Positions 28,864-38,993 of a stretch of 57,949 nucleotides of DNA are shown piece by piece (position 1 is the first letter of the stretch; every line of letters starts with the position of its first letter). Made by a program: the position numbers and the translations under genes. The notes under the pieces were generated by a model. That model did not search any database. It was given only the letters and a program-made list of their open reading frames with translations, and was not told the origin of the DNA. Source of the DNA: a virus (taxonomy: Duplodnaviria; Caudoviricetes); IMG/VR virus record IMGVR_UViG_3300010158_000078, positions 1 to 57,949 of that record; one strand, written 5' to 3'.

Positions 28864-30080
28864 TTCTTAAAATAATTTAGGGTGAATGATTTTTTATTTG
28901 TTACAGCCTTATATATGCTTTTATCTAAAGTGTTTTTAGCAAAAAGCCAGTAGACCTTATTATGAGTTCTATTTATAGTAGTCATACGATCAATGGCTTG
29001 AAAAAAAGTGGTAGCTGAGAAGTCGATACTAAACATTACCAGATAGTCTGCCTTGCTAAGGTTGATTCCCTCTCTTCCACTAATGTACTGAAGGGCTATC
29101 CACTTGTCTGTGTTGTTGAACTCGTCAACATCTTGTGTCAAGTTTTCTGCACCAATTACTTGACGCAACATCTCAAGCTCTGCCTTGTATTTATAAAAGA
29201 TACCAATCTTATTATCCTTAAACCTCCACTTAATATAGTCAGCCTTGGATGTGTCTATGACTTGATACGAGCCATCCTCGTGCTTGATCGTTCCAGATCC
29301 TAGCTGATGTATCTTCTGCTGCATTTTAACGGCTGTATCAGCTATTATAATGTTTCCACTGCTACCCTTAACTATCGAGTCCTTTTTAAGCCTTCTGATT
29401 ATCTCATAGGTAATTGGCTTCATGTCGATCTCGATGATCTCCTCCTCTACGGATGTGGTGAAGTTAGCCTCTGCTTGAGTGAATGTTATCATGTATGGCT
29501 CGATAGCTTGTATTATCTTGTCATACTTAGCATTGGTATAATCCTTAACCACAGAGTATCCTATGTTCTTCATAAACACATCAACATAGTCAACAGCCCA
29601 CTTATAGAACGTGGTATACTTAGAGAATGGTGATCTGTCTGAGATCTGGAACTGGTGGTATACTTGAGAATACGTTTCTGGAGAAATCGTACCTGATAGA
29701 AACATCATCGGCATCTTTCTGAACAACTTACGCACTATCTTCTGATACTTTCCTGGCTTTGGCATTGCCCCGTACTGGTGAGCTTCATCAAAAATAATGA
29801 AGTCATAGTTGGTATCCTCAAGCTTATGAACAGACTCCTTGTTGATTATCTTAAGCTCGTAAGTATACCCCATATTATCATAATCACCTTGTATGGATGA
29901 GAAGGCTTTGATCTTGGTTATAAACAAAACCCTCTTCGCTCCATACATCCTCGCAGTTTCTAGAGCCATGAGTGTCTTTCCACAACGTACGGCGACACAT
30001 AAGTATACTAAACCTTTTTCTTTCAATATAGATAAAGATCTATTTGCTATATCAATCTGGTAATCACGTAGTTGGAACAT
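28848..30080 (-). CDS. superfamily 2 (SNF2/ResIII-like) helicase
   Basis: LRDYQ, CGKT, DEAH, LSGT, GREGINL and QAIDR motifs. Confidence 0.85.
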   Translation of the reverse strand: MFQLRDYQIDIANRSLSILKEKGLVYLCVAVRCGKTLMALETARMYGAKRVLFITKIKAFSSIQGDYDNMGYTYELKIINKESVHKLEDTNYDFIIFDEAHQYGAMPKPGKYQKIVRKLFRKMPMMFLSGTISPETYSQVYHQFQISDRSPFSKYTTFYKWAVDYVDVFMKNIGYSVVKDYTNAKYDKIIQAIEPYMITFTQAEANFTTSVEEEIIEIDMKPITYEIIRRLKKDSIVKGSSGNIIIADTAVKMQQKIHQLGSGTIKHEDGSYQVIDTSKADYIKWRFKDNKIGIFYKYKAELEMLRQVIGAENLTQDVDEFNNTDKWIALQYISGREGINLSKADYLVMFSIDFSATTFFQAIDRMTTINRTHNKVYWLFAKNTLDKSIYKAVTNKKSFTLNYFKKWKST

Positions 30081-30092
30081 AGTATTTTTTAT

Positions 30093-30458
30093 TTATTTAA
30101 AGAAGTGAAAGATTGAGTTTAAAGTTATATAAGTAGACCATAAACAAAATAAAACACATGCAGTATACAATAATTTTTTTTGTTCTACGTTTTTTTTATA
30201 CATATCTTCATAATCTCTTAATTTACAATTTAAAGAATATACTTCTCCTTCTTTTTCAACAATAGTAGCACTATTGTTTTTAATTGCTTCCTTTATTTTC
30301 TGTAATGCCTCATTTGTCTTTATGACTCTAAATTCTTCTTTAGAATCATAATTATTTAAATATAATACATTTCCTTTAAGCAACTCTTCTTGAAGCATAC
30401 AAGATCTCTCTAAATCATTTATAATTCGTTTAAGCCTTTTGTTTTCTTTTTTATCCAT
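30093..30458 (-). CDS. hypothetical coiled-coil protein with C-terminal TM segment
   Basis: 121 aa with hydrophobic C-terminus. Confidence 0.5.
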   Translation of the reverse strand: MDKKENKRLKRIINDLERSCMLQEELLKGNVLYLNNYDSKEEFRVIKTNEALQKIKEAIKNNSATIVEKEGEVYSLNCKLRDYEDMYKKNVEQKKLLYTACVLFCLWSTYITLNSIFHFFK

Positions 30459-30475
30459 AATTTTATTTATTTATA

Positions 30476-30859
30476 TTAATTAAAAATTCCTATTAGTTTT
30501 TCAAAATCACGTTCTCTTTTATTCTCTTTTTCATAAAGTTTTTTGTATTTAGAAATAAAGTCTATAGCGTGTTGTTCCTCTAAAAAATATTTTACGTTTG
30601 TTGAAGGATAAGCTTCATTTGTTTTAATTAAATGAGGTTTCCATTTTCCTAATGAATATTCATCATCAGTAAAGACAACATAGTATGACCTAACATTTTC
30701 ACATACTTCCCAATACTCAGGGTAGTTATTAATGTTTTTTTCATTTATCCCATAAATAGGTTTAGAATAACAATTTCCTTCTCTTCTATAATCTGAAGTT
30801 GATAATACGCTGTTTAATCTACAACTACCTGGATATTCTTTAATTAATTTATATTTCAT
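30476..30859 (-). CDS. hypothetical protein
   Basis: 127 aa starting MKYKLIKEYPGS. Confidence 0.55.
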   Translation of the reverse strand: MKYKLIKEYPGSCRLNSVLSTSDYRREGNCYSKPIYGINEKNINNYPEYWEVCENVRSYYVVFTDDEYSLGKWKPHLIKTNEAYPSTNVKYFLEEQHAIDFISKYKKLYEKENKRERDFEKLIGIFN

Positions 30860-31079
30860 AACTTTTTAATTTGTTTTTTAATTTTTCAATTTGTCTTTTT
30901 AAAATTTCAATTTCATTTTTATAAGACTCTTTAGGTACAAATTCATTACCTACATCATCTATAAATATATTAGAACCTCCATTTTCTGTCCATATAAGAT
31001 ATTCAGATTTTTTTAAATTAGTTTTACTTAAATTAACTTGAATATCATTTTGTCTTTTCAACGCTTCAATTAAACTCAT
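30849..31079 (-). CDS. hypothetical protein
   Basis: 76 aa in a tightly packed operon. Confidence 0.5.
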   Translation of the reverse strand: MSLIEALKRQNDIQVNLSKTNLKKSEYLIWTENGGSNIFIDDVGNEFVPKESYKNEIEILKRQIEKLKNKLKSYEI

Positions 31080-31083
31080 ATAT

Positions 31084-31392
31084 TTATTCGGTTATTAAAA
31101 TTGGTTCAGCACCTTCAGATATTTCTCCTTGTCTATTTACAACATCAATTAAATCATCAATTACAGTATCAGGTCCACATTCACAATAGGTGGTGTGACC
31201 GCAGTAGCACTTTGTTTTATCATCGTACAATCCAAGTTGTTCATCAGATCTCATCATATCTATAATGTTTTCTATTTGCTTACACTTATTACAAAATAAC
31301 TCTTCAGTCTTAGGACCTGTAGATATTATAGTTCTACATCCATTGCAGAGCATAGCTCCTCTACCATTATTAAACTTATGTATTGGATTCAT
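31084..31392 (-). CDS. Cys-rich hypothetical protein (possible Zn binding)
   Basis: CNGC…CNKC and CYCGHTTYCEC motifs. Confidence 0.55.
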   Translation of the reverse strand: MNPIHKFNNGRGAMLCNGCRTIISTGPKTEELFCNKCKQIENIIDMMRSDEQLGLYDDKTKCYCGHTTYCECGPDTVIDDLIDVVNRQGEISEGAEPILITE

Positions 31393-31792
31393 CTTTATCA
31401 GTTATAATTTTATACCCAGTGTCAATCTTTTTAAAGTCCTTAACTACATATCCTTTAAATCCAAAAGAATCAAGAGCCATTCCCCTTGATATGTAGGGAC
31501 CTCCCGATGGATCTGCCATATCTATCTCGTTATCTAAAGACTTAACTAATGGAGAGTATAGCTTCGCTAGTGAGGTATAGTCGTCATCCTTATACTCATG
31601 AACCAATACTTTGAACTCTTCTAAAGATATATTACTATCTGCATGATCGTCTAGGTAAGTCTTGTAAGCTAGAGTATAGTCGTTTGGATAACCTACTCTA
31701 CAATACTCAAAGTTTCCTTCCCATAGTATGTCGTGGTTCTCGTCTTTAGTGAATGTAAATACATCACCATATCTGTTTTTATATGTTTTCAT
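31376..31792 (-). CDS. hypothetical protein
   Basis: 138 aa; YKNRYGD…DPSGGPYI. Confidence 0.55.
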   Translation of the reverse strand: MKTYKNRYGDVFTFTKDENHDILWEGNFEYCRVGYPNDYTLAYKTYLDDHADSNISLEEFKVLVHEYKDDDYTSLAKLYSPLVKSLDNEIDMADPSGGPYISRGMALDSFGFKGYVVKDFKKIDTGYKIITDKDESNT

Positions 31793-31980
31793 AGTTTCTC
31801 TACATCTAATTTCATTTGTTTATAATCCTCAATCGTGTGTCTGTTTTGCCATTGGTGTTCTTCTAATGCTTTAATAACTTCATCTATTGCTATTAGCGTA
31901 CATTGTTTGGCAGTATATTCATCAATTATTCCTTGATAACAGAATAACATTTTTTCATATAACTTTATAGTAGTTTCCAT
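31789..31980 (-). CDS. hypothetical protein
   Basis: 63 aa; AKQCTLIAIDEVI-type small phage protein. Confidence 0.5.
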   Translation of the reverse strand: METTIKLYEKMLFCYQGIIDEYTAKQCTLIAIDEVIKALEEHQWQNRHTIEDYKQMKLDVEKL

Positions 31981-32576
31981 TTATCTTTTAAAATTAAATC
32001 GTAATAATCTATAGTTTCTTTTGTACCATCTGAATGATGAGTGGTCCAAGTCTGTGATGCTTCTTTCCTACATTGAGCTATTCTTTCTGCTGTAGTGATG
32101 GATTTATCCGTCTCTCTTGTGTAATACAACCAGCTCTCCCAATAATGGTCTAGGTGTGGAGCTTCAAACACAATAGCTATCTGCCATTTAAAGAATACAA
32201 AACTAATCATTGGACTCCATTCAAATCTATAGTTATCATACTTGGTCTTCCAACCTAACGATACAAAGTCAAAACCTATCTTCTTAGGAACTGCATATAA
32301 ATAACTTTTCTTTTGCTCATAGAGTTCATCATAAGATTTTATAGTTCTTGAATAATTAGGATTAAGTTCATTATATCCTTTCTCTTTCTCTATATATTTT
32401 AAAACTGCTTCGTGAATTAATTTAGGTGTACCCTTAATCCATTTTCTAGGAAAGAAGTATGGAGTACCTAATGCTATCTTACCACAATACCACTTTAACT
32501 TCAATGGTTTAAATGGAGAGTTGTATGCTCTAAGGTAATCAAACCCTTTAATGAAATATTTTATTTTATTTTTCAT
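31965..32576 (-). CDS. hypothetical protein
   Basis: 203 aa, aromatic-rich. Confidence 0.55.
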   Translation of the reverse strand: MKNKIKYFIKGFDYLRAYNSPFKPLKLKWYCGKIALGTPYFFPRKWIKGTPKLIHEAVLKYIEKEKGYNELNPNYSRTIKSYDELYEQKKSYLYAVPKKIGFDFVSLGWKTKYDNYRFEWSPMISFVFFKWQIAIVFEAPHLDHYWESWLYYTRETDKSITTAERIAQCRKEASQTWTTHHSDGTKETIDYYDLILKDKWKLL

Positions 32577-32836
32577 CCTTGTCCTTTTTTAATTAAATAA
32601 TACCATAACCATATTAACTTCTCTCTTAGTAATTCATATAATGCTATTAATATTATATACTTCATTTCTTAAATGTTTTTACTATTCCTGGTCCTAAGGC
32701 GTATCCTATCAATATGCCTACTATAAATATAACTGTGTTTTCTATCATTTGCTTCTGTATCTAAGTTTGTATTTATTCCTTCTTCTCTTCTTTTTCTTAG
32801 GTTTAAATAACCTATTGAATAGTTCTATTAAATATC

Positions 32837-33085
32837 TCATGATACTAACTCATCTATATTAATATTGTAGTCTTCAAGTATATCAGATATACCTTCAGCG
32901 AATGATTCTATTCCATCAAAAACATTTAATGTATCATCTGTAATCATCTCAAACCTATCATCAAGTTTTTTTCTTAATTTTAATATGTCCCATATTGCTA
33001 ATGCCATATCGAGTGATTTAGTGCATCTCAAAAACTCTTGCCTATCGTCAGAGTCTGTTGTATCAAATATTAGTTTTGCTTTCAT
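32837..33085 (-). CDS. hypothetical protein
   Basis: 82 aa, ATGA-coupled. Confidence 0.55.
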   Translation of the reverse strand: MKAKLIFDTTDSDDRQEFLRCTKSLDMALAIWDILKLRKKLDDRFEMITDDTLNVFDGIESFAEGISDILEDYNINIDELVS

Positions 33086-33336
33086 AATCCTTTCTCTTTT
33101 TTATAGATTTCTAATAATTGTTCATTATCCATTGTGAATAAACCTTTAAGTTCACCATTTTTGGACCACATGGATACTTTTCTACTTGGTGGTAATGTTT
33201 CTAACCAATCGGCAAACCCAATAGCAAATTCATCTGCTATTTCTTCACATTTTTCTACTTTATCCCAGTCAATATAAAATCCTAGAATTGAAAGTGGTAC
33301 TAAAATTGTTTCAGCAAACTTTTCTTTTAATTTCAT
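33082..33336 (-). CDS. hypothetical protein, paralog of 43184-43438
   Basis: Shares LKEKF, IADEFAI and YKKEKGL blocks with the paralog. Confidence 0.6.
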   Translation of the reverse strand: MKLKEKFAETILVPLSILGFYIDWDKVEKCEEIADEFAIGFADWLETLPPSRKVSMWSKNGELKGLFTMDNEQLLEIYKKEKGL

Positions 33337-33533
33337 AACAATTCTATTTTTAATGTAAAGTTTAGTTTATCACATATCTCTTTAAGCTTATCTAGTGATA
33401 AGTCCATATTTCCCTTTAGCCATTGAGACATATTAGGTGTGTGTCCATTATAACCAAGTCTTATAAAAAACTCTTTTTGTGTACAATTACTCCTTTGAAA
33501 TATATCCCATAGTATTTCATTTGCTATGTTCAT
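33333..33533 (-). CDS. Cro/XRE-type HTH protein, paralog of 43435-43635
   Basis: TQKEFFIRLG…NMSQWLKGNMDLSLDKLKEIC HTH pattern. Confidence 0.7.
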   Translation of the reverse strand: MNIANEILWDIFQRSNCTQKEFFIRLGYNGHTPNMSQWLKGNMDLSLDKLKEICDKLNFTLKIELL

Positions 33534-33790
33534 AACATCTCCTTTTTAGTTACCACCTCGTACTTTGTATCCTTGTTAATCATTTTAAGCAGAATAAGTA
33601 ACTGCTCTGCCTCACCATAGTCAATCCTGCCCTTCTCATTAAACTTAATTACTAATCCATTACCATCATCAACCACCTTCATAGCAATTCCTTTAGGGTT
33701 GGTCCATCCACCATTGTTGGAATACCTTAGTGTGTGTACGCCATCTTGTACATCATAATCATACTCGTAAATTTCGTCTACTATTATCAT
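33530..33790 (-). CDS. hypothetical protein
   Basis: 86 aa, coupled. Confidence 0.5.
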   Translation of the reverse strand: MIIVDEIYEYDYDVQDGVHTLRYSNNGGWTNPKGIAMKVVDDGNGLVIKFNEKGRIDYGEAEQLLILLKMINKDTKYEVVTKKEML

Positions 33791-33791
33791 T

Positions 33792-34043
33792 TTATTTATC
33801 TTTTAAGTATTTATAAACCTTTGGCAATACATCCATTGCCTTCTGTATGTTCTTGTAGTAAATTGTTCCTACATTCTCCTTAGAGTAGTACTCTATACCA
33901 GTCAATCTATCGTAATGATAGTCCTTACCCAATGAGGATATACCTCCCTTGCGTATGGCGATATATGCTCCGCTACCATAGGGCTTAAGGTATACCTGCC
34001 AGTCATTCTCGATGCACCATCTAAAGTTGTCCACTGTACTCAT
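33792..34043 (-). CDS. hypothetical protein
   Basis: 83 aa. Confidence 0.5.
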   Translation of the reverse strand: MSTVDNFRWCIENDWQVYLKPYGSGAYIAIRKGGISSLGKDYHYDRLTGIEYYSKENVGTIYYKNIQKAMDVLPKVYKYLKDK

Positions 34044-34314
34044 AGCTCTCTACTTCTTTAGTCGTCTGTTCTTGTTTCCTAAACCTCCAAGTGGCGAAGC
34101 ACCCCTCCATGCTCCTATCAATAAGCTTGAAGTATCTAGAGGGATTGTGCAGCTCCTCAAGTCTAACCCCAACAACAAAGTCAGAATCAACTATATCTCT
34201 TATGGTATAGATCCTACCCTTGACCACCCAGTTTGGCATGTCGTTATTAAGCTCCTCAGCAGTGTGTGGTTGCTTGCTAGCATCGATACATACAATCTTA
34301 TTCCCTATCTCCAT
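34021..34314 (-). CDS. hypothetical SH3-like beta protein
   Basis: IGNKIVCIDAS…KGRIYTIRDI…WRFR pattern. Confidence 0.5.
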   Translation of the reverse strand: MEIGNKIVCIDASKQPHTAEELNNDMPNWVVKGRIYTIRDIVDSDFVVGVRLEELHNPSRYFKLIDRSMEGCFATWRFRKQEQTTKEVESYEYSGQL

Positions 34315-34489
34315 TCTCGTAGATTTTTAATAGTTCTTTAATTGATAAAGTTCCCATATCTTCAGTTGTCAAGGTATCTAAATATTCTCCAAATCCTATA
34401 GAAAACTCTCTCACAAACTGTTCTTGCAGATCAATCTTATCGGAGTTCCAAGTCTCTTGGTTTATATCCATTAGTCTCTCTCGTATCAT
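34298..34489 (-). CDS. hypothetical protein
   Basis: 63 aa; EFSIGFGEY…KELLKIY, distantly like 33082-33336. Confidence 0.5.
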   Translation of the reverse strand: MIRERLMDINQETWNSDKIDLQEQFVREFSIGFGEYLDTLTTEDMGTLSIKELLKIYENGDRE

Positions 34490-36888
34490 TAGAATAGCAT
34501 TTCGTTATTATTATGTGTCTCCCCGTCCTTCTCGATGAACTTGATCCATCTGCCGTTGTTATCTCTACCCTCAAGAGGTGTTACACCAGTCTTATATAAT
34601 CCAAAAGCTATAAGCCACTTGTAGAATATGGTCCTACTTATTGTCATCTTAGCCTTTGGAGCAAAGTCTGGATTGTCTTGAATAAAGTCAATATATAGGT
34701 CTTGCTTGTATATAAGCTCACCATTTCTTAGCTTGTCATTATGAGGTACTCCATCTATCATACCACACCACTCGATAAACTCATGGCATGTCTCAGCAGA
34801 TAGCTTACGGATCTTAAGGTTAACAAACTCACTCTTAACAAGTCCAGTGCTTAGGTAAGCCTTAAGGTTGTTGATCATGTAGTTGTCAAACTTACACCAC
34901 TCCTCCTCATCCCAGTCATTGAATAGCATATATCCAAACTCTATTTCAGGAGTGAACTCCTTGCTATAGAACTGCTTAAACTCCAGCTCCCACTTACGTC
35001 TCTCGAATGAGTTACCCTTACCCTTGATAGCATAGTTGGTTGTAATAACAATCTTTGGAGAACGATTAAAAGGTAATTTAATAGCGTCCTTGTTCTTTTT
35101 CTCTGTTGTTATACCTTCTGTAATAACACTGAATAACCTCTCGAAGTCAAAGTGTTTCTTTACGTCATCAAAGCAAAGTACTTGAGTACCTACGTTTACA
35201 TCAGAATAATTAAACTGTTTATCAAAAGTAAATGCCTTACCATCTATTGTTACTGCTCTTTTTATTTTACTAATAGCGTTAACAAACAGCCCCTTGCCAG
35301 TCCCACCCTCTGGGTTATCTGATATAACCTCATCATTAAGAATTATCGCTGGGCAGTAGGATGGTTTCTTGTACCCATGCATAAGAAAACCTATGGTGCT
35401 CTGCATCGACTTAACCCTCTGAGGATCATCACCTGATACATTTGATATAAATACTGAGAAGTCACAATCCATAACATCACATACTGCAAAGTCTCTATCC
35501 ACGACCTGATCCTTCCAGATGTAACCACCTAGATCGATATAGTCAATAATGTTAACGCTATCTTTTGTAACCATCACAGCACAGTTATTATAGTAAAGGT
35601 AAGCCGTATTCGCATCGTCCTCAACGAAGTAAATATCAACTGACGAAAGCAAAGATAGGAAATCTTCTTTGAAAAAACGTGTTTTATCTGCAAAATAATT
35701 ATAAACAGACAGATCCTCAGTGTTTTCAAGGTACTTAAGCACAAAATCTTTAATCTCTCCCTCCGATGTGTTGTCAATAAGGTTGTTTGTAACCTTAACA
35801 AACACAAAAGTCTTGGTGTTCTCTGGGTAGAACTTATAGAACCCATTATCCTCAAGGAACTCCTTGAACAGATAGTGAACTATATTGATCGCTCCCTTAT
35901 CACTCTTGGTCCAGAACCGTTTCACATCGCTATCGACCTGCTCTAGGACCGAGTCAATGATCGACTCGTCTATGTCAGACATTTCGTTCTTAAGCTGCTT
36001 GGCTGTCGATCCCGACTTTACCTTTTGCCTGAGCTGTGACATACGACCATTATCCTCATAGTACTTTGTTCCGAACTTATGGGTATGGCTGTATGCCGAA
36101 TTTATGGTTGTCTTAATCTCTAATAATGGGAAGTCTATAGACTCGAACTGCCCCATGATATATTCTGCCAGTGATTTATTAATTCCATAATCATTAAACG
36201 CAGCAGCAAGTATGTACACGTTGTGGTTACGCTCACCATCAATGAGTCCGTAACGCTTTGTCCACCAAGACATTAGTATGTCAACGATCTTGTTCTCATT
36301 TGTGATTGGTATTGTAGGAACCGATGTGGCTCTGTCCATCTCCTTGTACTCAGTCTTGTCAATGGTATCCCAGATCACTGAGTCATTGTTGATGTATATG
36401 TTCTTATCATAAGACTCGTAGCAAACCCTTGATATGTTCTTAGATGTCTTATCGAAGTACTCAGAATTGAAATGGTTCTGTAGTGAGTTGAAGTAGTTAA
36501 CATGGTTCTCTATATCAGCTGGAACCTTCACAAGAACCTTTAGCCCATCGCCAGATGGAGATACGAATACAGAGTAAACATACTGATCATTAGATAGATT
36601 TTTCTTCTGATCTAGCATTGCCTTCTTGCTTGGGTATCCATCAAAGTCTAGACATATAATACCACTATGCTCAGCGATAGCGTTATCGGCTCTCTTGGTG
36701 AATGTTCCAGAGAAACAGATAGCAGGAAGTTCCTTCTTGATCTCGTTACGAGAAGACTTATCCTGCTCCTGCTGGATGCGTTCAACGATTTCCTTGCTAG
36801 ATCCAGTCTGTATTCTGTTAAGCACCACATCTATATGTCTATAGAATGGTGTTGATGTGTCTCTGATATTCTTAAATATTGTTATCAT
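34489..36888 (-). CDS. primase-helicase (BT4734/VirE N-terminal-like primase + PriCT + SF3 helicase)
   Basis: KKELPAICFSGTF, CLDFD, VSPSGDGLKV, GERNHN, Walker A GGTGKGL and Walker B CFDD. Confidence 0.85.
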   Translation of the reverse strand: MITIFKNIRDTSTPFYRHIDVVLNRIQTGSSKEIVERIQQEQDKSSRNEIKKELPAICFSGTFTKRADNAIAEHSGIICLDFDGYPSKKAMLDQKKNLSNDQYVYSVFVSPSGDGLKVLVKVPADIENHVNYFNSLQNHFNSEYFDKTSKNISRVCYESYDKNIYINNDSVIWDTIDKTEYKEMDRATSVPTIPITNENKIVDILMSWWTKRYGLIDGERNHNVYILAAAFNDYGINKSLAEYIMGQFESIDFPLLEIKTTINSAYSHTHKFGTKYYEDNGRMSQLRQKVKSGSTAKQLKNEMSDIDESIIDSVLEQVDSDVKRFWTKSDKGAINIVHYLFKEFLEDNGFYKFYPENTKTFVFVKVTNNLIDNTSEGEIKDFVLKYLENTEDLSVYNYFADKTRFFKEDFLSLLSSVDIYFVEDDANTAYLYYNNCAVMVTKDSVNIIDYIDLGGYIWKDQVVDRDFAVCDVMDCDFSVFISNVSGDDPQRVKSMQSTIGFLMHGYKKPSYCPAIILNDEVISDNPEGGTGKGLFVNAISKIKRAVTIDGKAFTFDKQFNYSDVNVGTQVLCFDDVKKHFDFERLFSVITEGITTEKKNKDAIKLPFNRSPKIVITTNYAIKGKGNSFERRKWELEFKQFYSKEFTPEIEFGYMLFNDWDEEEWCKFDNYMINNLKAYLSTGLVKSEFVNLKIRKLSAETCHEFIEWCGMIDGVPHNDKLRNGELIYKQDLYIDFIQDNPDFAPKAKMTISRTIFYKWLIAFGLYKTGVTPLEGRDNNGRWIKFIEKDGETHNNNEMLF

Positions 36889-38009
36889 TTGTTTCTCATT
36901 TCGTTTATTGGTAATAATAATTCTTCATAACCACTTATGCTATCTCCAATATATTCGTGGCAGTAAGATGCTCTTTCTAATCTATTTCTTGCTGATGTAT
37001 CAGATGAACTACTTGATTTGTGTCTTATCTTATTATTCATTGCCGTTCCTCTCCAAAATTTACTTTTATTTCTATAAATACCTAGTGCTGGATTAATTGT
37101 TTTTGTAAAGCATAGTCCACCTTGATTCTTTATAATAGCACATGCAAACTCAGATAATTTAACCCCTAATCCCATTCCTTGAAAATCTGGTAATATAACA
37201 GTTCTACTTAAAGCAAATCCATTTTGGCAACCCTTTCTTGGCTGATTAATTATAGCTACTATACCAACTGGCTTATCATTCCATTCAAACAATAAAAACT
37301 TACAACTTTTATTCACATCTTCCGTTAGATAATGATGTTTTTTGAAGAAGTCCCAAGTTTCAACCTCGACTCTACTAACTTGTAATGAGATTTCTGGTCG
37401 CCTTCGATAGTCACACCTTTCGAGTGTGCCTCCCTTTTGTGGTGAACATGTCCAATCTGGCATTAACCATTCTAATATATCATAATGACAAGATGAAACT
37501 ATAATTCTTTTATTTTCTCTACGAATATATTTCTGCAATGCAAAACTCATAGCCTTTGCCACATCTCTATCTACTACAGAGGTATACTCATCAATTAAAA
37601 TAACTTCTCCATCCTTAGCTGATGAAACCAAATATGCTAATATGGCTCTATATTGTTCCCCATTACTTAGTGTATGAAATGGTCTTAACCAAGTAGGAAC
37701 AGATGATAAACCCATTGATGTAAGTACCAACGTAGCATCTTTTGGATCTAGCCAATCAAAGTTGCTTATTAATGGTTTATCTTGATCAAATTTAGGTTGT
37801 TTTAGTTCACCACATTTTTTAAGTATAGTAGTTTTTCCACTTCCAGATCCACCTAGAATAACTCCAATATTCCAATCAAAGTTTTTTGCTTCACCTAAAT
37901 TCATAGACACAGAAACACAAGTTTCTTCTTTGTTCTGAATATCAAATGCTTCATACACATACTCAGTGTACTTATCATTTATAATCTTAGATTTTAATTC
38001 AATTTCCAT
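36885..38009 (-). CDS. ABC-type ATPase fused to GNAT (Mom-like) acyltransferase
   Basis: GGSGSGKTT, LSNGE, LIDE; then KHHYL and RTVILPDFQGMGLG acyl-CoA-binding motif. Confidence 0.8.
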   Translation of the reverse strand: MEIELKSKIINDKYTEYVYEAFDIQNKEETCVSVSMNLGEAKNFDWNIGVILGGSGSGKTTILKKCGELKQPKFDQDKPLISNFDWLDPKDATLVLTSMGLSSVPTWLRPFHTLSNGEQYRAILAYLVSSAKDGEVILIDEYTSVVDRDVAKAMSFALQKYIRRENKRIIVSSCHYDILEWLMPDWTCSPQKGGTLERCDYRRRPEISLQVSRVEVETWDFFKKHHYLTEDVNKSCKFLLFEWNDKPVGIVAIINQPRKGCQNGFALSRTVILPDFQGMGLGVKLSEFACAIIKNQGGLCFTKTINPALGIYRNKSKFWRGTAMNNKIRHKSSSSSDTSARNRLERASYCHEYIGDSISGYEELLLPINEMRNK

Positions 38010-38376
38010 CTTGTATCAGTTGTTTAATACGTTGTTGTTTGTTTCTTAGAAGTATTCCTATAGCTTCCAGCACTATTGTGTCTGGCATCTTTACAGAGAA
38101 TCCTATAGTGTTAGGTTCTTTTATTGCGTATGCAAAACTAGTCATTGTTGACACCCAGTTGCTAAGATTTTCCTTCTCTGTCTCAAGTTCAATATCCACA
38201 GATACCCAAGCACCTACTTGATTGTCAAGCATATACTCAGCTATCTTATTCATGTCGTCTATATCGTCTTGAGCCTCCTTAATTTTTTGGTACCTCTCAG
38301 AGATTCTCTGCATGTCGTTTAGGTTCATACTATAGCATATATTATTGTTATTATTAGTGAGATAAAAATTGTCCAA
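37999..38376 (-). CDS. hypothetical protein
   Basis: Likely start at the downstream Met (MNLNDMQRI…). Confidence 0.45.
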   Translation of the reverse strand: MDNFYLTNNNNNICYSMNLNDMQRISERYQKIKEAQDDIDDMNKIAEYMLDNQVGAWVSVDIELETEKENLSNWVSTMTSFAYAIKEPNTIGFSVKMPDTIVLEAIGILLRNKQQRIKQLIQDGN

Positions 38377-38416
38377 GCACTTATCTCTATCATTATTCTT
38401 TCTTTTTTATATTGTT

Positions 38417-38743
38417 TCATAACTTACTTAGATCTTGTTTTAATCGTTCAATAAATGTTTCTTCTCCATCATCACCAGATAGTAGCCAATCAATTCGTTG
38501 AGCATATACATAGGCTTTCCTTAGTATCTCAACACCTTCCTTAAACTTCTCAATGATTTCGTCTGGATGCTTGTACCAGTTTAGATCTTCTGGGTATTTC
38601 TCATACCACTCGTCATTTCTCCAGCCTTCATTCTTTAGTTCTTCTCTTGTTTTAGCACGACCATTGCGTTCTATCTCTTTTTCAATCTCATCAGCGATCA
38701 TCGTGATGTTGTATTGCGTGTACTCAAATGCTCCTCCACTCAT
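38417..38743 (-). CDS. conserved phage hypothetical protein
   Basis: MSGGAFEY…RIDWLLSGDDGEE family pattern. Confidence 0.6.
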   Translation of the reverse strand: MSGGAFEYTQYNITMIADEIEKEIERNGRAKTREELKNEGWRNDEWYEKYPEDLNWYKHPDEIIEKFKEGVEILRKAYVYAQRIDWLLSGDDGEETFIERLKQDLSKL

Positions 38744-38979
38744 AATTTAATTGTGTAATTAAAGTCTAATAATAAATGTAGTATAACGAAGTATATGCCG
38801 CTTGCTATAATTGTAAATAAAGTTGATATAAGAAAAACAAATTCAAAAAAATAATCTTCATATTTATTCCATGTTTCTTTATGAACCTTATATATTCTTT
38901 TAAATATAAATATATATATTATTACTATAGGTAGTAAATAGTAAAGAAATTTTGTTAAGTCTATTGTTATTGTCTTCAT
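38740..38979 (-). CDS. small two-TM membrane protein
   Basis: 79 aa with two hydrophobic stretches. Confidence 0.45.
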   Translation of the reverse strand: MKTITIDLTKFLYYLLPIVIIYIFIFKRIYKVHKETWNKYEDYFFEFVFLISTLFTIIASGIYFVILHLLLDFNYTIKL

Positions 38980-38993
38980 AATTCTTAAGGTTT

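Noticed and set aside
35040-35280. AT-richer patch in the helicase domain (possible intron/intein)
   Set aside because: The frame is continuous through the Walker A-B region with no extra length or splice motifs; at most an allelic recombination patch.
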